NCBI GenBank assembly: GCA_001784155.1 | Contig: MFPL01000006.1 | Span: 87,280-151,279, forward strand | DNA from: Candidatus Levybacteria bacterium RIFCSPLOWO2_12_FULL_41_12 | GTDB taxonomy: Bacteria > Patescibacteriota > Microgenomatia > Levybacterales > UBA12049 | Direction: 5' to 3' | Length of the DNA stretch: 64,000 nt | Part shown: piece after piece, positions 30,529 through 41,001 of the stretch | How positions within the stretch are numbered: the stretch's first letter is position 1 | How the letters are laid out: the number at the start of each line of letters is the position of its first letter | The notes under the pieces: model-generated | The model's database searches: none | What the model was told of the DNA's origin: nothing | The model's input: the letters and a program-made list of their open reading frames with translations, nothing else | Translations under genes and position numbers: made by a program

Positions 30529-32286
30529 ATGGACCAGGTAGCAAGAGTCAGAGAAAAAATCGATATCGTTTCATTTATTTCAGAATATCTGACTCTTAAA
30601 AAATCAGGCAGGAACTTTTCTGCCCCATGTCCCTTCCACAATGAGAAAACCCCATCTTTTATTATCTCGCCTGAGCGTCAGATTTGGCATTGCTTTGGGT
30701 GTGGAAAAGGAGGAGACATTTTTTCATTCCTAATGGAGTATGAAAAAATTGAATTCCTCGAGGCGCTTCGCAGTCTAGCTAAAAGAGTTGGAATAGAAAT
30801 TAAAACCGGAGATTTTGCTACTTCCTCAATTAAGGAAAAGATTTATCAAGTAAATAAGATTGCCTCCGGCTTTTACCAATACATACTTACAGAGCACAGG
30901 GCTGGAGAGAAGGCGCTATCCTATCTTCTTGAAAAACGGAAAATGAATAAAGCTCTTATTAAAAGTTTTGGCTTGGGCTACTCTCCCTCAAACAACGCTT
31001 TGGCAGCATATCTGATCAATAAGAAGAAATACAAAAAGCAGGATTTATCAGATGCCGGATTAATATTCCAAAGGGGTAATGATGCTTTCGACTTTTTCAG
31101 AGGAAGGCTGATATTTCCCCTCACGGATCATAGGGGAAATATTTTAGGGTTTTCCGGAAGAGTGCTTGATGACCACGACAGCCCTAAGTATATAAATACT
31201 AAGGAAACTCCGGTCTACCACAAGGGTTCAACTTTCTTCGGAATAGACAGGGCGCTTGATGAAATTAAAAAGGCAGGCGAGGCCGTTTTAATGGAAGGAG
31301 AGTTTGATGTTATATCTTCATTTAGGGAGGGAATTAAAAATGCCGTAGCTATAAAAGGTACTGCACTGACAGATGAACAGTCCATTTTTCTCTCAAGGTT
31401 TGCTCAGAAAATAATTCTTTGTCTGGATCAAGACGAGGCAGGGATTGAAGCAACGAAAAGAAGCCTCGCGGTCCTTGAGAAAAAAAATCTAACATCATAT
31501 GTGGCATCAATGCCCGGAAATAAAGATCCAGACGATGCATTAAATTCAGACCCCGTTCTTTTTAAATCCGCACTTAAAGAAAGCGCCGGAGCATACGATT
31601 TCTTAATCACTGAGGCATTAGACCGAAATAGTGTTAAGACATTTGAAGGCAAGAAAAAAATATCTGAATCTCTTTTGCCTGCATTTTCATTAATTTCAAA
31701 CGAAGTAGTAAAAGAGCATTACTTAAGAAAGCTTAGTTCTGAAATTGATACTTCTCTTGATTCATTGAAAAAACAGCTTGATAAAATTGACAAAAAACCC
31801 GAGGACAAGACTGCTGAATCTTCGCAGACAGACAAGAGAGGTAAGCGGGAAATTCGCGAGGAATATCTCCTTTCTTTAATTGTTCAGTCTGAAAAGCCGA
31901 AAGAGTCTTTTGACGCCGTATTGCTAATTCTTGAAGACTACGAATTTGAAACAGAAGTGTATAAAAAAGTAATGGAGCGCTTGATACTTTTCTTTAAGAC
32001 CAACAACGATTTTGAGAGTAAAAACTTTGTAAAAAACCTTCCGAAGGAATTAGTTGAAGCATTTGACCAGATATTTTTATTCCCTATCCCCAAATTTGAA
32101 ACCAAAGACCCTTTTCTTATAGACTTGAAAAGAACAGCTAAGGATCTTAGAGCTATCTATTTAAAAAACAAAATACAGGATTTAAGCGATAGGCTCAAGA
32201 AGGTGAAAGAAAAAGAAGATCCCAAGGCCGAAGATACGCTTAAAACTGAGATTTCAGAAATCACCTCAAAGCTCACGACTTTGTAA
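30529..32286 (+). CDS. dnaG: DNA primase
   Basis: CPFHNEKTPSF...HCFGC, PKYINT, EGEFDV, DQDEAG, KDPD. Confidence 0.95.
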   Translation: MDQVARVREKIDIVSFISEYLTLKKSGRNFSAPCPFHNEKTPSFIISPERQIWHCFGCGKGGDIFSFLMEYEKIEFLEALRSLAKRVGIEIKTGDFATSSIKEKIYQVNKIASGFYQYILTEHRAGEKALSYLLEKRKMNKALIKSFGLGYSPSNNALAAYLINKKKYKKQDLSDAGLIFQRGNDAFDFFRGRLIFPLTDHRGNILGFSGRVLDDHDSPKYINTKETPVYHKGSTFFGIDRALDEIKKAGEAVLMEGEFDVISSFREGIKNAVAIKGTALTDEQSIFLSRFAQKIILCLDQDEAGIEATKRSLAVLEKKNLTSYVASMPGNKDPDDALNSDPVLFKSALKESAGAYDFLITEALDRNSVKTFEGKKKISESLLPAFSLISNEVVKEHYLRKLSSEIDTSLDSLKKQLDKIDKKPEDKTAESSQTDKRGKREIREEYLLSLIVQSEKPKESFDAVLLILEDYEFETEVYKKVMERLILFFKTNNDFESKNFVKNLPKELVEAFDQIFLFPIPKFETKDPFLIDLKRTAKDLRAIYLKNKIQDLSDRLKKVKEKEDPKAEDTLKTEISEITSKLTTL

Positions 32287-32341
32287 GGGTTTTAATTTAG
32301 GCTCATTCATGGTAAAATAATTTGTACAGAAAGGGACTCCT

Positions 32342-33424
32342 ATGGCTAAAGATGACCTCAGCGTATTAACGGACATTATTTCATCGGCAAAAAAAAGAGG
32401 GTATATAACACAGGAAGAAATTCTAGCGATTTTTCCAAAGCCTGAAGAACACATAAAGGACCTTGACGCTTTGTACGATAAACTTCTTCGTTCTGAAGTA
32501 GATGTTTTTGAGTCGGTTGCAGAAGATAAAGACACGGAAAAGCCCATAGAGGACTTGGAAAAAGAATTAGAAGCATTAACAGTTCTTACGGAGGGAACGG
32601 TTTCTGATCCTGTTAGAATGTATCTTAAGGAAATAGGACGAATTCCGCTTCTTAATTTCGAACAGGAAATTGCCCTCGCCAAAAGGGTAGAGAAAAAAGA
32701 CAAACAGGCAAAAGAGATATTAATCAATTCGAATCTTCGCTTGGTCGTTTCTATTGCAAAAAAATATGTTGGTCGGGGACTTACTCTTTTGGATTTGATT
32801 CAGGAGGGAAATAACGGTTTAATAAGAGCTGTTGAGAAATATGACTGGAGACGCGGATTTAAATTTTCAACATACGCTACCTGGTGGATCAGGCAATCCA
32901 TAACACGCGCAATTGCTGATCAGGCAAGGACGATAAGAATTCCGGTTCATATGGTAGAAAATATAAATAGATTTTTAAGAGCATCTAGAAAACTTATGCA
33001 GGAATTGGGACGCGAGCCGACACCTGAGGAAGTGGCAAAGGTTTTGGGAATTGATCCCGAAAAGGCTTTGGAAATAATTAAGATTTCTCAGGAGCCCGCG
33101 AGTCTTGAAGCACCGGTTTCCGATGAAGAAGACAGCCGCCTCGGAGATTTCATCCACGATACTGCGGCTCCGACGCTTTTTGATTCTGCGTCGCGTGAAC
33201 TTTTGAAAGAGCAGGTAGATCAAGTCCTCTCAACTTTATCGGACAGAGAAAGAAGAGTTCTTGAGGAAAGGTTTGGATTAAAGGACGGGAGACCAAAGAC
33301 TCTTGAGGAAGTAGGAAAGATGTTTGCAGTAACGCGTGAAAGAATACGTCAAATTGAGGCAAAATCTTTAAGAAAGCTTCGTCATCCCTCTCGCGGAAAC
33401 AAGCTCAAAGATTATTTGGGGTAG
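32342..33424 (+). CDS. rpoD: RNA polymerase primary sigma factor
   Basis: [45 protein letters not shown]. Confidence 0.96.
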   Translation: MAKDDLSVLTDIISSAKKRGYITQEEILAIFPKPEEHIKDLDALYDKLLRSEVDVFESVAEDKDTEKPIEDLEKELEALTVLTEGTVSDPVRMYLKEIGRIPLLNFEQEIALAKRVEKKDKQAKEILINSNLRLVVSIAKKYVGRGLTLLDLIQEGNNGLIRAVEKYDWRRGFKFSTYATWWIRQSITRAIADQARTIRIPVHMVENINRFLRASRKLMQELGREPTPEEVAKVLGIDPEKALEIIKISQEPASLEAPVSDEEDSRLGDFIHDTAAPTLFDSASRELLKEQVDQVLSTLSDRERRVLEERFGLKDGRPKTLEEVGKMFAVTRERIRQIEAKSLRKLRHPSRGNKLKDYLG

Positions 33425-33430
33425 GGGATT

Positions 33431-33772
33431 CTATTTAGCAAGCCTTCCGGACTGAAGAAAGGAGTTTATCGCAGTAAGCACCAGGCTTAAAACTAAAGCC
33501 CACAAAAATGAATCCACATCAAATCCAGGAACCACCCTGGCAGCAAGCATTACTAAAAGAGCCTGAATCACAAATGTGAATAGGCCTAGAGTAATAAGAG
33601 TTATAGGGAGGGTTAGGATTACCAAAACCGGTTTTAGGACCGCATTAAAAATTCCCAAAACTAATGCAGCAATAAGTGCTGCGGTAAAGCTCGTTACATG
33701 AACGCCTGGCAAAATATATGCTGCGGCAAAAACAGCCATCGCGCTTACAATCCAGTTAAGTAAAATATTCAT
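33431..33772 (-). CDS. 4-TM YvlD/phage holin superfamily IV membrane protein
   Basis: LGIFNAVLKPVLVILTLPITLITLGLF. Confidence 0.85.
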   Translation of the reverse strand: MNILLNWIVSAMAVFAAAYILPGVHVTSFTAALIAALVLGIFNAVLKPVLVILTLPITLITLGLFTFVIQALLVMLAARVVPGFDVDSFLWALVLSLVLTAINSFLQSGRLAK

Positions 33773-34282
33773 TTAGTAAACAATATGCGCTGGTCTAAAA
33801 ACAGTTAATCTATAAGACTTTCCGTCTTTTGTTTTCTTACTAATGAACGTGCTGCTGTGGACAATTCTTGTGGAAACAGTACCTGTTCCTATTGGATTAT
33901 CATCCTGATCTAATGCCTGAACAAACCAGTTAACTACGCCTTCAGAATTGTCGGTTACCGGCTTGGTGGCAAATCTAATCCCTGGAGCTCTAAGTTTTAC
34001 CTCACTACCGGGACTGTAACCCCAGTTACGAACAGGAATTCCTTTTTCCATTCTCAATACTTGATTTTGACTTTGTGCTTCTGGTCTTGGATCAATTGAC
34101 CTGTCTGTAATATTTGGATATTTTGGCTTAGTATCTTTTTTTGGCTTCTCATCCACGGCAACTCCAACTTGAACGGCGAGAGGAGACAAAGCGGGAGTGG
34201 CATCTCCTCTTCTGATAATCCTTCGCCCTCTTCTAGCTGAGCGCTCTGGGTTTCCAAATCTAGGCCTTGCGGTTTCTGCCAT
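33773..34282 (-). CDS. hypothetical protein
   Basis: Fills gap in co-oriented gene run. Confidence 0.55.
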   Translation of the reverse strand: MAETARPRFGNPERSARRGRRIIRRGDATPALSPLAVQVGVAVDEKPKKDTKPKYPNITDRSIDPRPEAQSQNQVLRMEKGIPVRNWGYSPGSEVKLRAPGIRFATKPVTDNSEGVVNWFVQALDQDDNPIGTGTVSTRIVHSSTFISKKTKDGKSYRLTVFRPAHIVY

Positions 34283-36599
34283 TTCTTCTAAAGTATAACA
34301 TAGGAAATATCAAAGTTCCGATCGCTCCGACTACTGCAAGCAGGACTCCATATTTAAAGCCTTGCGGGTTATAAACAAATTCTACTTTATGTTTTCCAGC
34401 GGGCACAGGAACAGCCCGAAATGTATAGTCTGCTCTATAAATCTTTACTTCTTTTCCGTCAATCTTTGCCTTCCACCCCGGATAATAAACATCGCTTAGG
34501 AAAAGGAGCGAAGCCTGAAGAGAATCTGTTTGTACTACAACACTATTAAGTGAATACTTTGTAATCCCTGCAAAACCAGAAGCGTTCAGTCTTTTAGAAA
34601 CATTAGGGTCTTCCTCAAGAATAATTTGTCTTCTTATATCGAAATCTTCGGAAAAAAGCTTTTCAATTATTTGCTCATCATTTTTTTCGACGATATAATC
34701 AGAGGTTAGAAATGTCCGCGGGACAAAATCTCGTGCCTCAAAAACTCTATAAATTCCGTCGTCAAAAATTTCTTTAAATTTATCATCTGGGAACAGACTA
34801 AAAGGATAAGACCATCCTTTGCCGTCATCGGACACTTTATGAACTATAAAACGTACTCCCAATAGGTCTAGCGCTTTTGATACATTGGGCCCATATTTTG
34901 GGAAGACGACGCCAGATCTTGCCCCAGAAGATGGTTTGCCAGTCTGAACAGCATTTACGAACTCTCCGTACCTTTTTATATAGACGGCATCATATCCTTC
35001 AATTCCAGGCAGTTGATAATAATCCGAATTGTCAGCGCCATAATTTCCAAATACACGGTCAAATGATGTTATCTTTGGATAATAGTCAATTACTTGTGTC
35101 TTTGGATGAATCATGTCTTTGGGATCAAAAGGGAGCCACTTGTTGGCAAAGCGAAGCATATCGAAGGACACTATAAAAATAAGAGCAAGTCCTAAAATTG
35201 CTGCCAGTCTTTTGTTAAGAGTGGCAATGCCGATGACAAAAAGTGATCCCGCAAAAACTAGCGTAGGAAGAATTAAATTGTTTCTTGCAATAAGTTTCCT
35301 TGTATCGTCAAGTCCCATACCTGCGATTACCATTACCCACAACGACGCCATTACGAGTGTCCAAAGAATTCCCCACACGACTATTCTTTTAGATAGCTTA
35401 TTGCTTTTTATTTCTGCTAATAGGTAGTCAAATCCGAATGCTGAGAGAGTGGCAATCGAGAAACTAAAAATTACAATAACTCTAGATGCAGCAGCAGTTG
35501 AGATAACCGGAATTTTTAGTCTTACCAGAATATCTAAAAAAGGCGTGTCAAATGCTAGAAGAAGAGCGATTACACCGGCAATAGCAAAAAATAGGGCTTC
35601 CTTTCTTCGTTTGATTAGAGCAAATAATGCAAGAAAAAGAGGAAGAGCCCCGGTATACGCATTCCACTCTGCATAATGACCAAACCATGCATTCCTAGTT
35701 ACAGGATTCCCAAATATGTCCGGCGCAACAAAAGTAGGAATATAATTTAGCGGAATTGTTTCTATTTTTTGAAAAAGATCGCTTCTTAGAGACTGTGAAT
35801 ACACCTCTATTGACGGAAGAATTTGGGGCATAGAAAGAAGAAGTCCGAAGACTATAAAAAGGAAGGGAATTGTAAAAAGCGAGAGGTTCCGATTTTTAAG
35901 GTGAGAAAAGAAAAGATAGCCTGTCACGAAGATTAGGAAATAAAGACTTGTCTGGAAATGGCCGCTTAGGAAGGAGAGGGGTATTGTTAAAGAAAGAAGA
36001 ACTAAATAGATAGGATTTTTTTGTACTTTGTATTTTTCAATTGCCAGAAGCGCTAGCGGAAGAAAAAGAATTGCATATCCAAGAGTTGCGTACTCCATCC
36101 AAGTAGTGATGAAGCCGCAGAACATAAACGAAATTCCTCCAACGAGAGATCCCTCCCGGCTAATTTTTAATGTTCTTAAGAACAAATACGTAAAAAGAGA
36201 GGCCAAAAGGGGCTGAAGAAGAACCAGGATAGACCATGCGTTTTTAAAATCAAAAATGAAGAACAGAACATTAAGAGGAGAAAGAACAGCGGATTGATAA
36301 TTAGCTAAATGCGTAGTCCCCGAAAAACTGTATGGATTCCAGAGAGCAATCTCTCCGTTTTTATATCCTTCAATTGAAAGATGTCTCCAGGGATAAATCT
36401 GTACCAAAATATCGGGCATCGCATCGTTTTTTACAGGTCGACCAAATTCAGGATATGCACTCCAAGGCGGGAAAGTAGTCACCTGATAATTTGCAGGATA
36501 TGGAGCCTTATTTTGTAGGAAAAAGGGAAAGGAGAAAACAAACCAAAGGAGAACAAGAAATAAAACGGGATAGTGTCTTTTTATAAATTGTACTATCAT
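34260..36599 (-). CDS. YfhO-like GT-C membrane glycosyltransferase
   Basis: LWNPYSFSG, SGHFQ, multi-TM, C-terminal LSDVYYPGWKAKIDG, VPAGKHKV. Confidence 0.8.
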   Translation of the reverse strand: MIVQFIKRHYPVLFLVLLWFVFSFPFFLQNKAPYPANYQVTTFPPWSAYPEFGRPVKNDAMPDILVQIYPWRHLSIEGYKNGEIALWNPYSFSGTTHLANYQSAVLSPLNVLFFIFDFKNAWSILVLLQPLLASLFTYLFLRTLKISREGSLVGGISFMFCGFITTWMEYATLGYAILFLPLALLAIEKYKVQKNPIYLVLLSLTIPLSFLSGHFQTSLYFLIFVTGYLFFSHLKNRNLSLFTIPFLFIVFGLLLSMPQILPSIEVYSQSLRSDLFQKIETIPLNYIPTFVAPDIFGNPVTRNAWFGHYAEWNAYTGALPLFLALFALIKRRKEALFFAIAGVIALLLAFDTPFLDILVRLKIPVISTAAASRVIVIFSFSIATLSAFGFDYLLAEIKSNKLSKRIVVWGILWTLVMASLWVMVIAGMGLDDTRKLIARNNLILPTLVFAGSLFVIGIATLNKRLAAILGLALIFIVSFDMLRFANKWLPFDPKDMIHPKTQVIDYYPKITSFDRVFGNYGADNSDYYQLPGIEGYDAVYIKRYGEFVNAVQTGKPSSGARSGVVFPKYGPNVSKALDLLGVRFIVHKVSDDGKGWSYPFSLFPDDKFKEIFDDGIYRVFEARDFVPRTFLTSDYIVEKNDEQIIEKLFSEDFDIRRQIILEEDPNVSKRLNASGFAGITKYSLNSVVVQTDSLQASLLFLSDVYYPGWKAKIDGKEVKIYRADYTFRAVPVPAGKHKVEFVYNPQGFKYGVLLAVVGAIGTLIFPMLYFRRNGRNRKA

Positions 36600-38272
36600 G
36601 CTTTTTTAGTCAATTTCCCCTTAATAAGGATTAATGATCCCCAGCTGATAACTGTAATAATCGATACAAGCGTTACATAGTCTGCGAAAAGCCTAAGTTT
36701 CGTTTCCTCAAAAACTGCGTACACTTTATGATGGCCTTTGGATAAATTAAAGGTCATAAGTCCCCTATGATTTGGGTCCTGAAACTGTAGATTCAGGGAG
36801 GTTCCGTCTGCAAATATTTTCCATCCTGGAAAATAAAGAGTATTTTCTTTAATCCTGGCATTGTCTGTGATTACGTCTATTTCATATGAGTGCTTTGCTG
36901 AATTTCTTGCTAGCTTTTTAATTACTGCTTCCCCCTCAATTATTTCAATAGTATCTTTGGATTCTTTCTCCATAAATCTCACAGACCATATTGGTGCAGA
37001 TTCCCCCGTATCAGTAGTACTTTTATAAATTCCTCTAAGCGAAGAATCGTCTCGATATAGATATCCTTTGACTTTCCAATAATTAAAACTGAGAGTAATA
37101 GACGCAATAATTATCAGGCCAGCTGCGAAAACCTTTTGCTTTTTGGGAATAGAATAAACAAGAAAAGCACCCATAATGGATGCCATAAATATTGATACTG
37201 ATAGAAATCTCCATGGGAATTGAAGTTTCTGAAGAGTAGTTAATATATTGTAAAGGGGGTTTGAAATTGCGAGCATGAAAAATACTGAAATAAGGAAATA
37301 TGAAAAAGCGAATACGTAAAAAATCAGGAGCCTTCTCTCTTTTAGTTTTTTTAAAACCAGGGGTAATGAAAGAACAGCAAGTATGTTTAATAATCCTATT
37401 TGAACGCTAAACTGTCCGGTTCCTCCAAAGTTCCAGGGAGAGTAGATTAGAGACACTGGGTTTACAAAGCTTGAAGCATAAGTCCCCGCTGTTACGATAT
37501 CGCGAAGAGTGTATTTTCCTTCAAAAAATGCCGGAAACCAAAAAAATGCAGAGACTGCCCCCCCCAGCGCAAACATAGTGATAAAACTTGTTGCAGGGTT
37601 TTTATACTTCTTGTTTTGCCAGACCAAAAACAAAGCGTAAAAAAGAATAAATGGTGCGAAAAGGAGACTAATGGCGTTATGGGACAAGATAAACCCCCCC
37701 AGAGATAGTGCTCCACCCAAAGTGAGTAGAAATGTTTTCTTATCTAATATTTCATTTCTGTTTTCAGAAAGCTTATAGAGGAAATAAAGGATGAGCGGAG
37801 GAAAAATAAAAGCAACGTGTTCTCCTATTGCTCCCCGGACGTACATATCCACGAAACGGTATGGAGCAAAGAGATATAGAACGCTTGCGACTAGTCCTTC
37901 TTTCTCGCCCAGGAAATTCTTCACCCAAAGAAACATTGTCAAACCGGAAAGGACGTAGGAGGCTGCGAAAACCAACTTGATAGAATCGATAAGGGAGAAT
38001 CCGAGGAAATGAAAAATAGACGCAATGTAAGAGGGAAGAGGATAGAGAAACATTAGAATTGGGTGACCATATCCCCAGTTCAGATTGCCGGCCCATCTGG
38101 GAATTAAGTTGCCTTCAGAAAGACTCTGGTAGAAATTAGCTATTCTCGCAACATGATCTATTCCGTCGTGCGTTATGGGGAGTCCTGAATGTAGAAATAA
38201 CCAAAGAGGAAGAATCGAAAGCAAAAAGATTAACAGGGGAAAACGTAGCTTCCTTGACTTAAAAAGTCCCAT
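36596..38272 (-). CDS. PTPS-related / GT-C membrane protein
   Basis: THDG..H, PRWAGNLNWGYGHP, LFAPYR, RGAIGE, LQFPWRF, YFPGW. Confidence 0.78.
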   Translation of the reverse strand: MGLFKSRKLRFPLLIFLLSILPLWLFLHSGLPITHDGIDHVARIANFYQSLSEGNLIPRWAGNLNWGYGHPILMFLYPLPSYIASIFHFLGFSLIDSIKLVFAASYVLSGLTMFLWVKNFLGEKEGLVASVLYLFAPYRFVDMYVRGAIGEHVAFIFPPLILYFLYKLSENRNEILDKKTFLLTLGGALSLGGFILSHNAISLLFAPFILFYALFLVWQNKKYKNPATSFITMFALGGAVSAFFWFPAFFEGKYTLRDIVTAGTYASSFVNPVSLIYSPWNFGGTGQFSVQIGLLNILAVLSLPLVLKKLKERRLLIFYVFAFSYFLISVFFMLAISNPLYNILTTLQKLQFPWRFLSVSIFMASIMGAFLVYSIPKKQKVFAAGLIIIASITLSFNYWKVKGYLYRDDSSLRGIYKSTTDTGESAPIWSVRFMEKESKDTIEIIEGEAVIKKLARNSAKHSYEIDVITDNARIKENTLYFPGWKIFADGTSLNLQFQDPNHRGLMTFNLSKGHHKVYAVFEETKLRLFADYVTLVSIITVISWGSLILIKGKLTKKA

Positions 38273-38292
38273 TTAGAAAATTATACCAAAGT

Positions 38293-39237
38293 TTACCTAT
38301 TTCTTTTGCTTTTTAGAGATGGAAGAATAACACCAAAATTGGCACCTGACTTATGGAAAAAATAACCGACTGTTAAAAACATAATGATAGGAGAAACCCA
38401 AGCGGGTATATGATGTCCAAAACCGTCCAGTATCATTATAATTCCTAAGAAAAATATTGAATACATTGCTCCGTTTTTTAAGTACTTATAGGTTTTTATT
38501 CTTTCTATGTTGCTGACAGTTATTTTTCTGAGTACGATTGCCCCCAGCCCATTTCCGATTAAAATTAAGGGAACGGAAAAGGTAAAGGCAAATGCTCCTA
38601 TAACTCCATCTACGGAGAACGTGGCATCCAAAACTTCGAGATAAAGAATTTTGCTTAGATCCGATACGTTCCCCCTTAGGAGTCTTTTCTCTTGCTGTTC
38701 TGCGTATTGACGGAAACCGTGAATTATGAAGAAGGCCGTTGATCCCACAACTGCTCCAAATGCCAGAATAGAGCCTTCTTTAAGGGCAAACCATACAATA
38801 ACAGCAAGAATTACTGCAACAACTGTGAAGAACCATGCACCCTGAGAATGGAAAAACTTTTCTGCCCTAAGTCCGAAATTCTTGGTTTCCAAGAATAGCC
38901 AGTGAAAAAAGATAAATAGAAGAAATACCCCTCCTCCCAAGAGTAGGGCTCTGGCTGTTTGCTCAATAGTTTTTCTTACTTCTTCTCCTGAGGACATTGT
39001 AACTCTGACTATTTCTATAAATGAAAGATCTGGCATCGTTGCCCAAATGATAACGAAAGGCAAAAGTCCTCTTATAACAAAAACCGCAAATAGTATTCCC
39101 CAGAAAAGGAACCATCTTTTTGCCCGCTCACTCATCGTGGAGAGAACCTCGGCATTAATAATTGCGTTATCAACACTTGTTATAATCTCAAAGAGGGAAA
39201 GTCCAAAAATGGTTATAATAATGAATAAGATCTCCAT
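38293..39237 (-). CDS. DUF475 / TerC-like membrane protein
   Basis: LFEIITSVDNAIINA, LYLEVLDATFSVDGVIGAFA. Confidence 0.85.
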   Translation of the reverse strand: MEILFIIITIFGLSLFEIITSVDNAIINAEVLSTMSERAKRWFLFWGILFAVFVIRGLLPFVIIWATMPDLSFIEIVRVTMSSGEEVRKTIEQTARALLLGGGVFLLFIFFHWLFLETKNFGLRAEKFFHSQGAWFFTVVAVILAVIVWFALKEGSILAFGAVVGSTAFFIIHGFRQYAEQQEKRLLRGNVSDLSKILYLEVLDATFSVDGVIGAFAFTFSVPLILIGNGLGAIVLRKITVSNIERIKTYKYLKNGAMYSIFFLGIIMILDGFGHHIPAWVSPIIMFLTVGYFFHKSGANFGVILPSLKSKRNR

Positions 39238-39274
39238 ATTTATAGACAGTAGTATATCATTTGAAGCCTAGTTC

Positions 39275-39391
39275 TCAGCGGGTAAAAAGATAAAGAAGTA
39301 TTGCTATTGTGACTCCAATTCCTGAAACTCCAAATCCAATTGTGAGCCATTTGAGGTAGAGATACATGTCAAACTTTTTCTTATCTCCCAT
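39275..39391 (-). CDS. 38-aa single-TM small protein (absent from ORF track)
   Basis: MGDKKKFDMYLYLKWLTIGFGVSGIGVTIAILLYLFTR; ATG directly follows upstream stop. Confidence 0.5.
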   Translation of the reverse strand: MGDKKKFDMYLYLKWLTIGFGVSGIGVTIAILLYLFTR

Positions 39392-39889
39392 TTATTTAAG
39401 AAGAGGATATTTCTTAACAAGCTTCATCTGTCCCCAAACTTTGCCTAATCCAAAATAGTTTCCTGCATTTGACCGCGCAATACCCAAAAGTACTGTTATG
39501 TAGACAATATGCTCATCGAGAAGGGGATTGTTAACTGGTGGAAAAAGAGAAAGGTAAATTAAAAACATCATTAAAGATCCGGCATATCCTGCGATTCGGA
39601 GTCCAATTCCCAAGAGAAGTGCCAGCCCTACCAAGAAAAGTCCAGCCATAAAAAGGAAATCAACGAAAACATTCCCGGAAAGACTTTGAAAGTATGAAGC
39701 AAATACTCCGCCTTCTGTGCCGAATTTTAAAAAACCTGCAGTAGGAGAGCCGCCGGATAGCCATGACCTTGGTGCTTCCGTAGCAAAACCAAGACCTAAG
39801 AGCTTGTCAAAAAATGCCCAAAGGAAAATTCCTGACATAACTAGACGAATAGAGGGCCAAAAATATTTCTCTCTCATATTATTTTTCAA
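39392..39889 (-). CDS. DoxX/TQO small subunit family membrane protein
   Basis: RLVMSGIFLWAFFDKLLG, WLSGGSPTAGFL, NNPLLDEH. Confidence 0.8.
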   Translation of the reverse strand: MKNNMREKYFWPSIRLVMSGIFLWAFFDKLLGLGFATEAPRSWLSGGSPTAGFLKFGTEGGVFASYFQSLSGNVFVDFLFMAGLFLVGLALLLGIGLRIAGYAGSLMMFLIYLSLFPPVNNPLLDEHIVYITVLLGIARSNAGNYFGLGKVWGQMKLVKKYPLLK

Positions 39890-40259
39890 GCAGATCTTTA
39901 ATCGGGCCTAAATAGTAGTCGTCCCAACCCTTATCAATGTCTTTCGCCTCATCATCCGGTACGTTTTCATGTAACAAATGAAGAATGGTCTTTCCATCTT
40001 TTTCAAAGAGTTCAAACCTGAGCCTTGATGGCTTACTCCAGTCTCCGCTGTACCAATCTTGTTTAAGTATTTTATTTTTCTCGACCTTTATGTTTTTTCC
40101 GTGAATATCCCCGCCCCAGATCTCAAACTTAAAGTTTTGAGTTGCCTCCATCTTCACAGGACCGCCACCCCATTTGTCTATTGTTACAGGATTTACGAGT
40201 GCGTCCCAGACTTTTTCAATAGGAGCATTTATTGTGTAGTTTTTCGTGATTGTTCTCAT
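39879..40259 (-). CDS. SRPBCC/Aha1-like protein
   Basis: INAPIEKVWDAL, GWDDYYLGPIK. Confidence 0.82.
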   Translation of the reverse strand: MRTITKNYTINAPIEKVWDALVNPVTIDKWGGGPVKMEATQNFKFEIWGGDIHGKNIKVEKNKILKQDWYSGDWSKPSRLRFELFEKDGKTILHLLHENVPDDEAKDIDKGWDDYYLGPIKDLLEK

Positions 40260-40513
40260 GAGGCCAAATACACGATGTCTCCCTCTCTGACTTTGTCCGA
40301 AAGTTTTATTCCTACCTCCTGGCCTTTCTTTGCAGTTTCGATATCTTTGTGATCAAATTGCATCTGTTCTGCCTCTTGTTCAAAATCAGTGGCGTTCCCT
40401 TGAAATTTAAGCTTGTCTCCGATCTTTATTTCACTGTCAAGCTTAACAATCCCAACGCCTATCTTATCGTAGAAATGTGTGACTACCCCTATTTTTTTGC
40501 CTTCATCTGACAT
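40256..40513 (-). CDS. small EF-Tu domain II-like / U32 C-terminal-like protein
   Basis: IGVVTHFYDKIGV, AKKGQEVGIK, VREGD; strong SD AGGAGGTG. Confidence 0.75.
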   Translation of the reverse strand: MSDEGKKIGVVTHFYDKIGVGIVKLDSEIKIGDKLKFQGNATDFEQEAEQMQFDHKDIETAKKGQEVGIKLSDKVREGDIVYLAS

Positions 40514-40608
40514 AAGCTCACCTCCTAACAGATTTTAATAGCTTCAGTTCGCATAATCTCTCTTTTTCCCAAAAAAGTCAAATAGGAGTGGATTTAAGGC
40601 TAGTAAGA

Positions 40609-40617
40609 TGATAAAAT
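40609..40617 (+). promoter_or_regulatory. extended -10 promoter ahead of tRNA fragment/GIY-YIG/tRNA unit
   Basis: TGATAAAAT 10 nt before tRNA-like 5' end. Confidence 0.55.
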
Positions 40618-40627
40618 GTTTGAACAT

Positions 40628-40678
40628 TCCGTGATAGCTCAATGGTAGAGTCGCGTAGAACGCGATTAACGACAAGGT
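40628..40678 (+). pseudogene. 5' fragment of tRNA-Asn (approx. positions 1-47) with hairpin in anticodon region
   Basis: TCCGTGATAGCTCAATGGTAGAG, then TCGCGTAGAACGCGA, then TTAACGACAAGGT (11/13 to the intact tRNA TTAAGGATAAGGT). Confidence 0.75.
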
Positions 40679-40919
40679 GAATTATTGGATTTACGTTCTT
40701 GAAAATGAGATTGGGCGATGGTATATTGGCCAAACAAATAATTGGAAGTTGCGGATTGAAAAACATAATAGTCAAAAGGTAAAATCAACTAAGAATAGGG
40801 GGATTTGGAAATTGATTTATAAGAAAGGGTTTAAAACAAGATCAGAAGCAATGAGACATGAAGAATATTTAAAATCTGGGGCAGGAAGAAGATACCTGAA
40901 AGAGTTATTAAACAGATAA
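40677..40919 (+). CDS. small GIY-YIG nuclease
   Basis: WIYVL...WYIGQTNN..RIEKHN, EAMRHEEYLKSGAGR. Confidence 0.88.
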   Translation: MNYWIYVLENEIGRWYIGQTNNWKLRIEKHNSQKVKSTKNRGIWKLIYKKGFKTRSEAMRHEEYLKSGAGRRYLKELLNR

Positions 40920-40929
40920 CTAACAGGGC

Positions 40930-41001
40930 TCCGCAGTAGCTCAACGGTAGAGCAGATCCCTGTTAAGGATAAGGTTCTAGGTTCGAATCCTAGCTGCGGA
41001 G
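40930..41001 (+). tRNA. tRNA-Asn(GTT), CCA not encoded
   Basis: TCCGCAG/CTGCGGA acceptor, GCTC/GAGC D arm, loop CTGTTAA, CTAGG-TTCGAAT-CCTAG T arm. Confidence 0.92.

Noticed and set aside
33431-33772. Holin-family gene as evidence of a prophage
   Set aside because: YvlD-type genes are common chromosomal genes, and there are no phage structural genes nearby.
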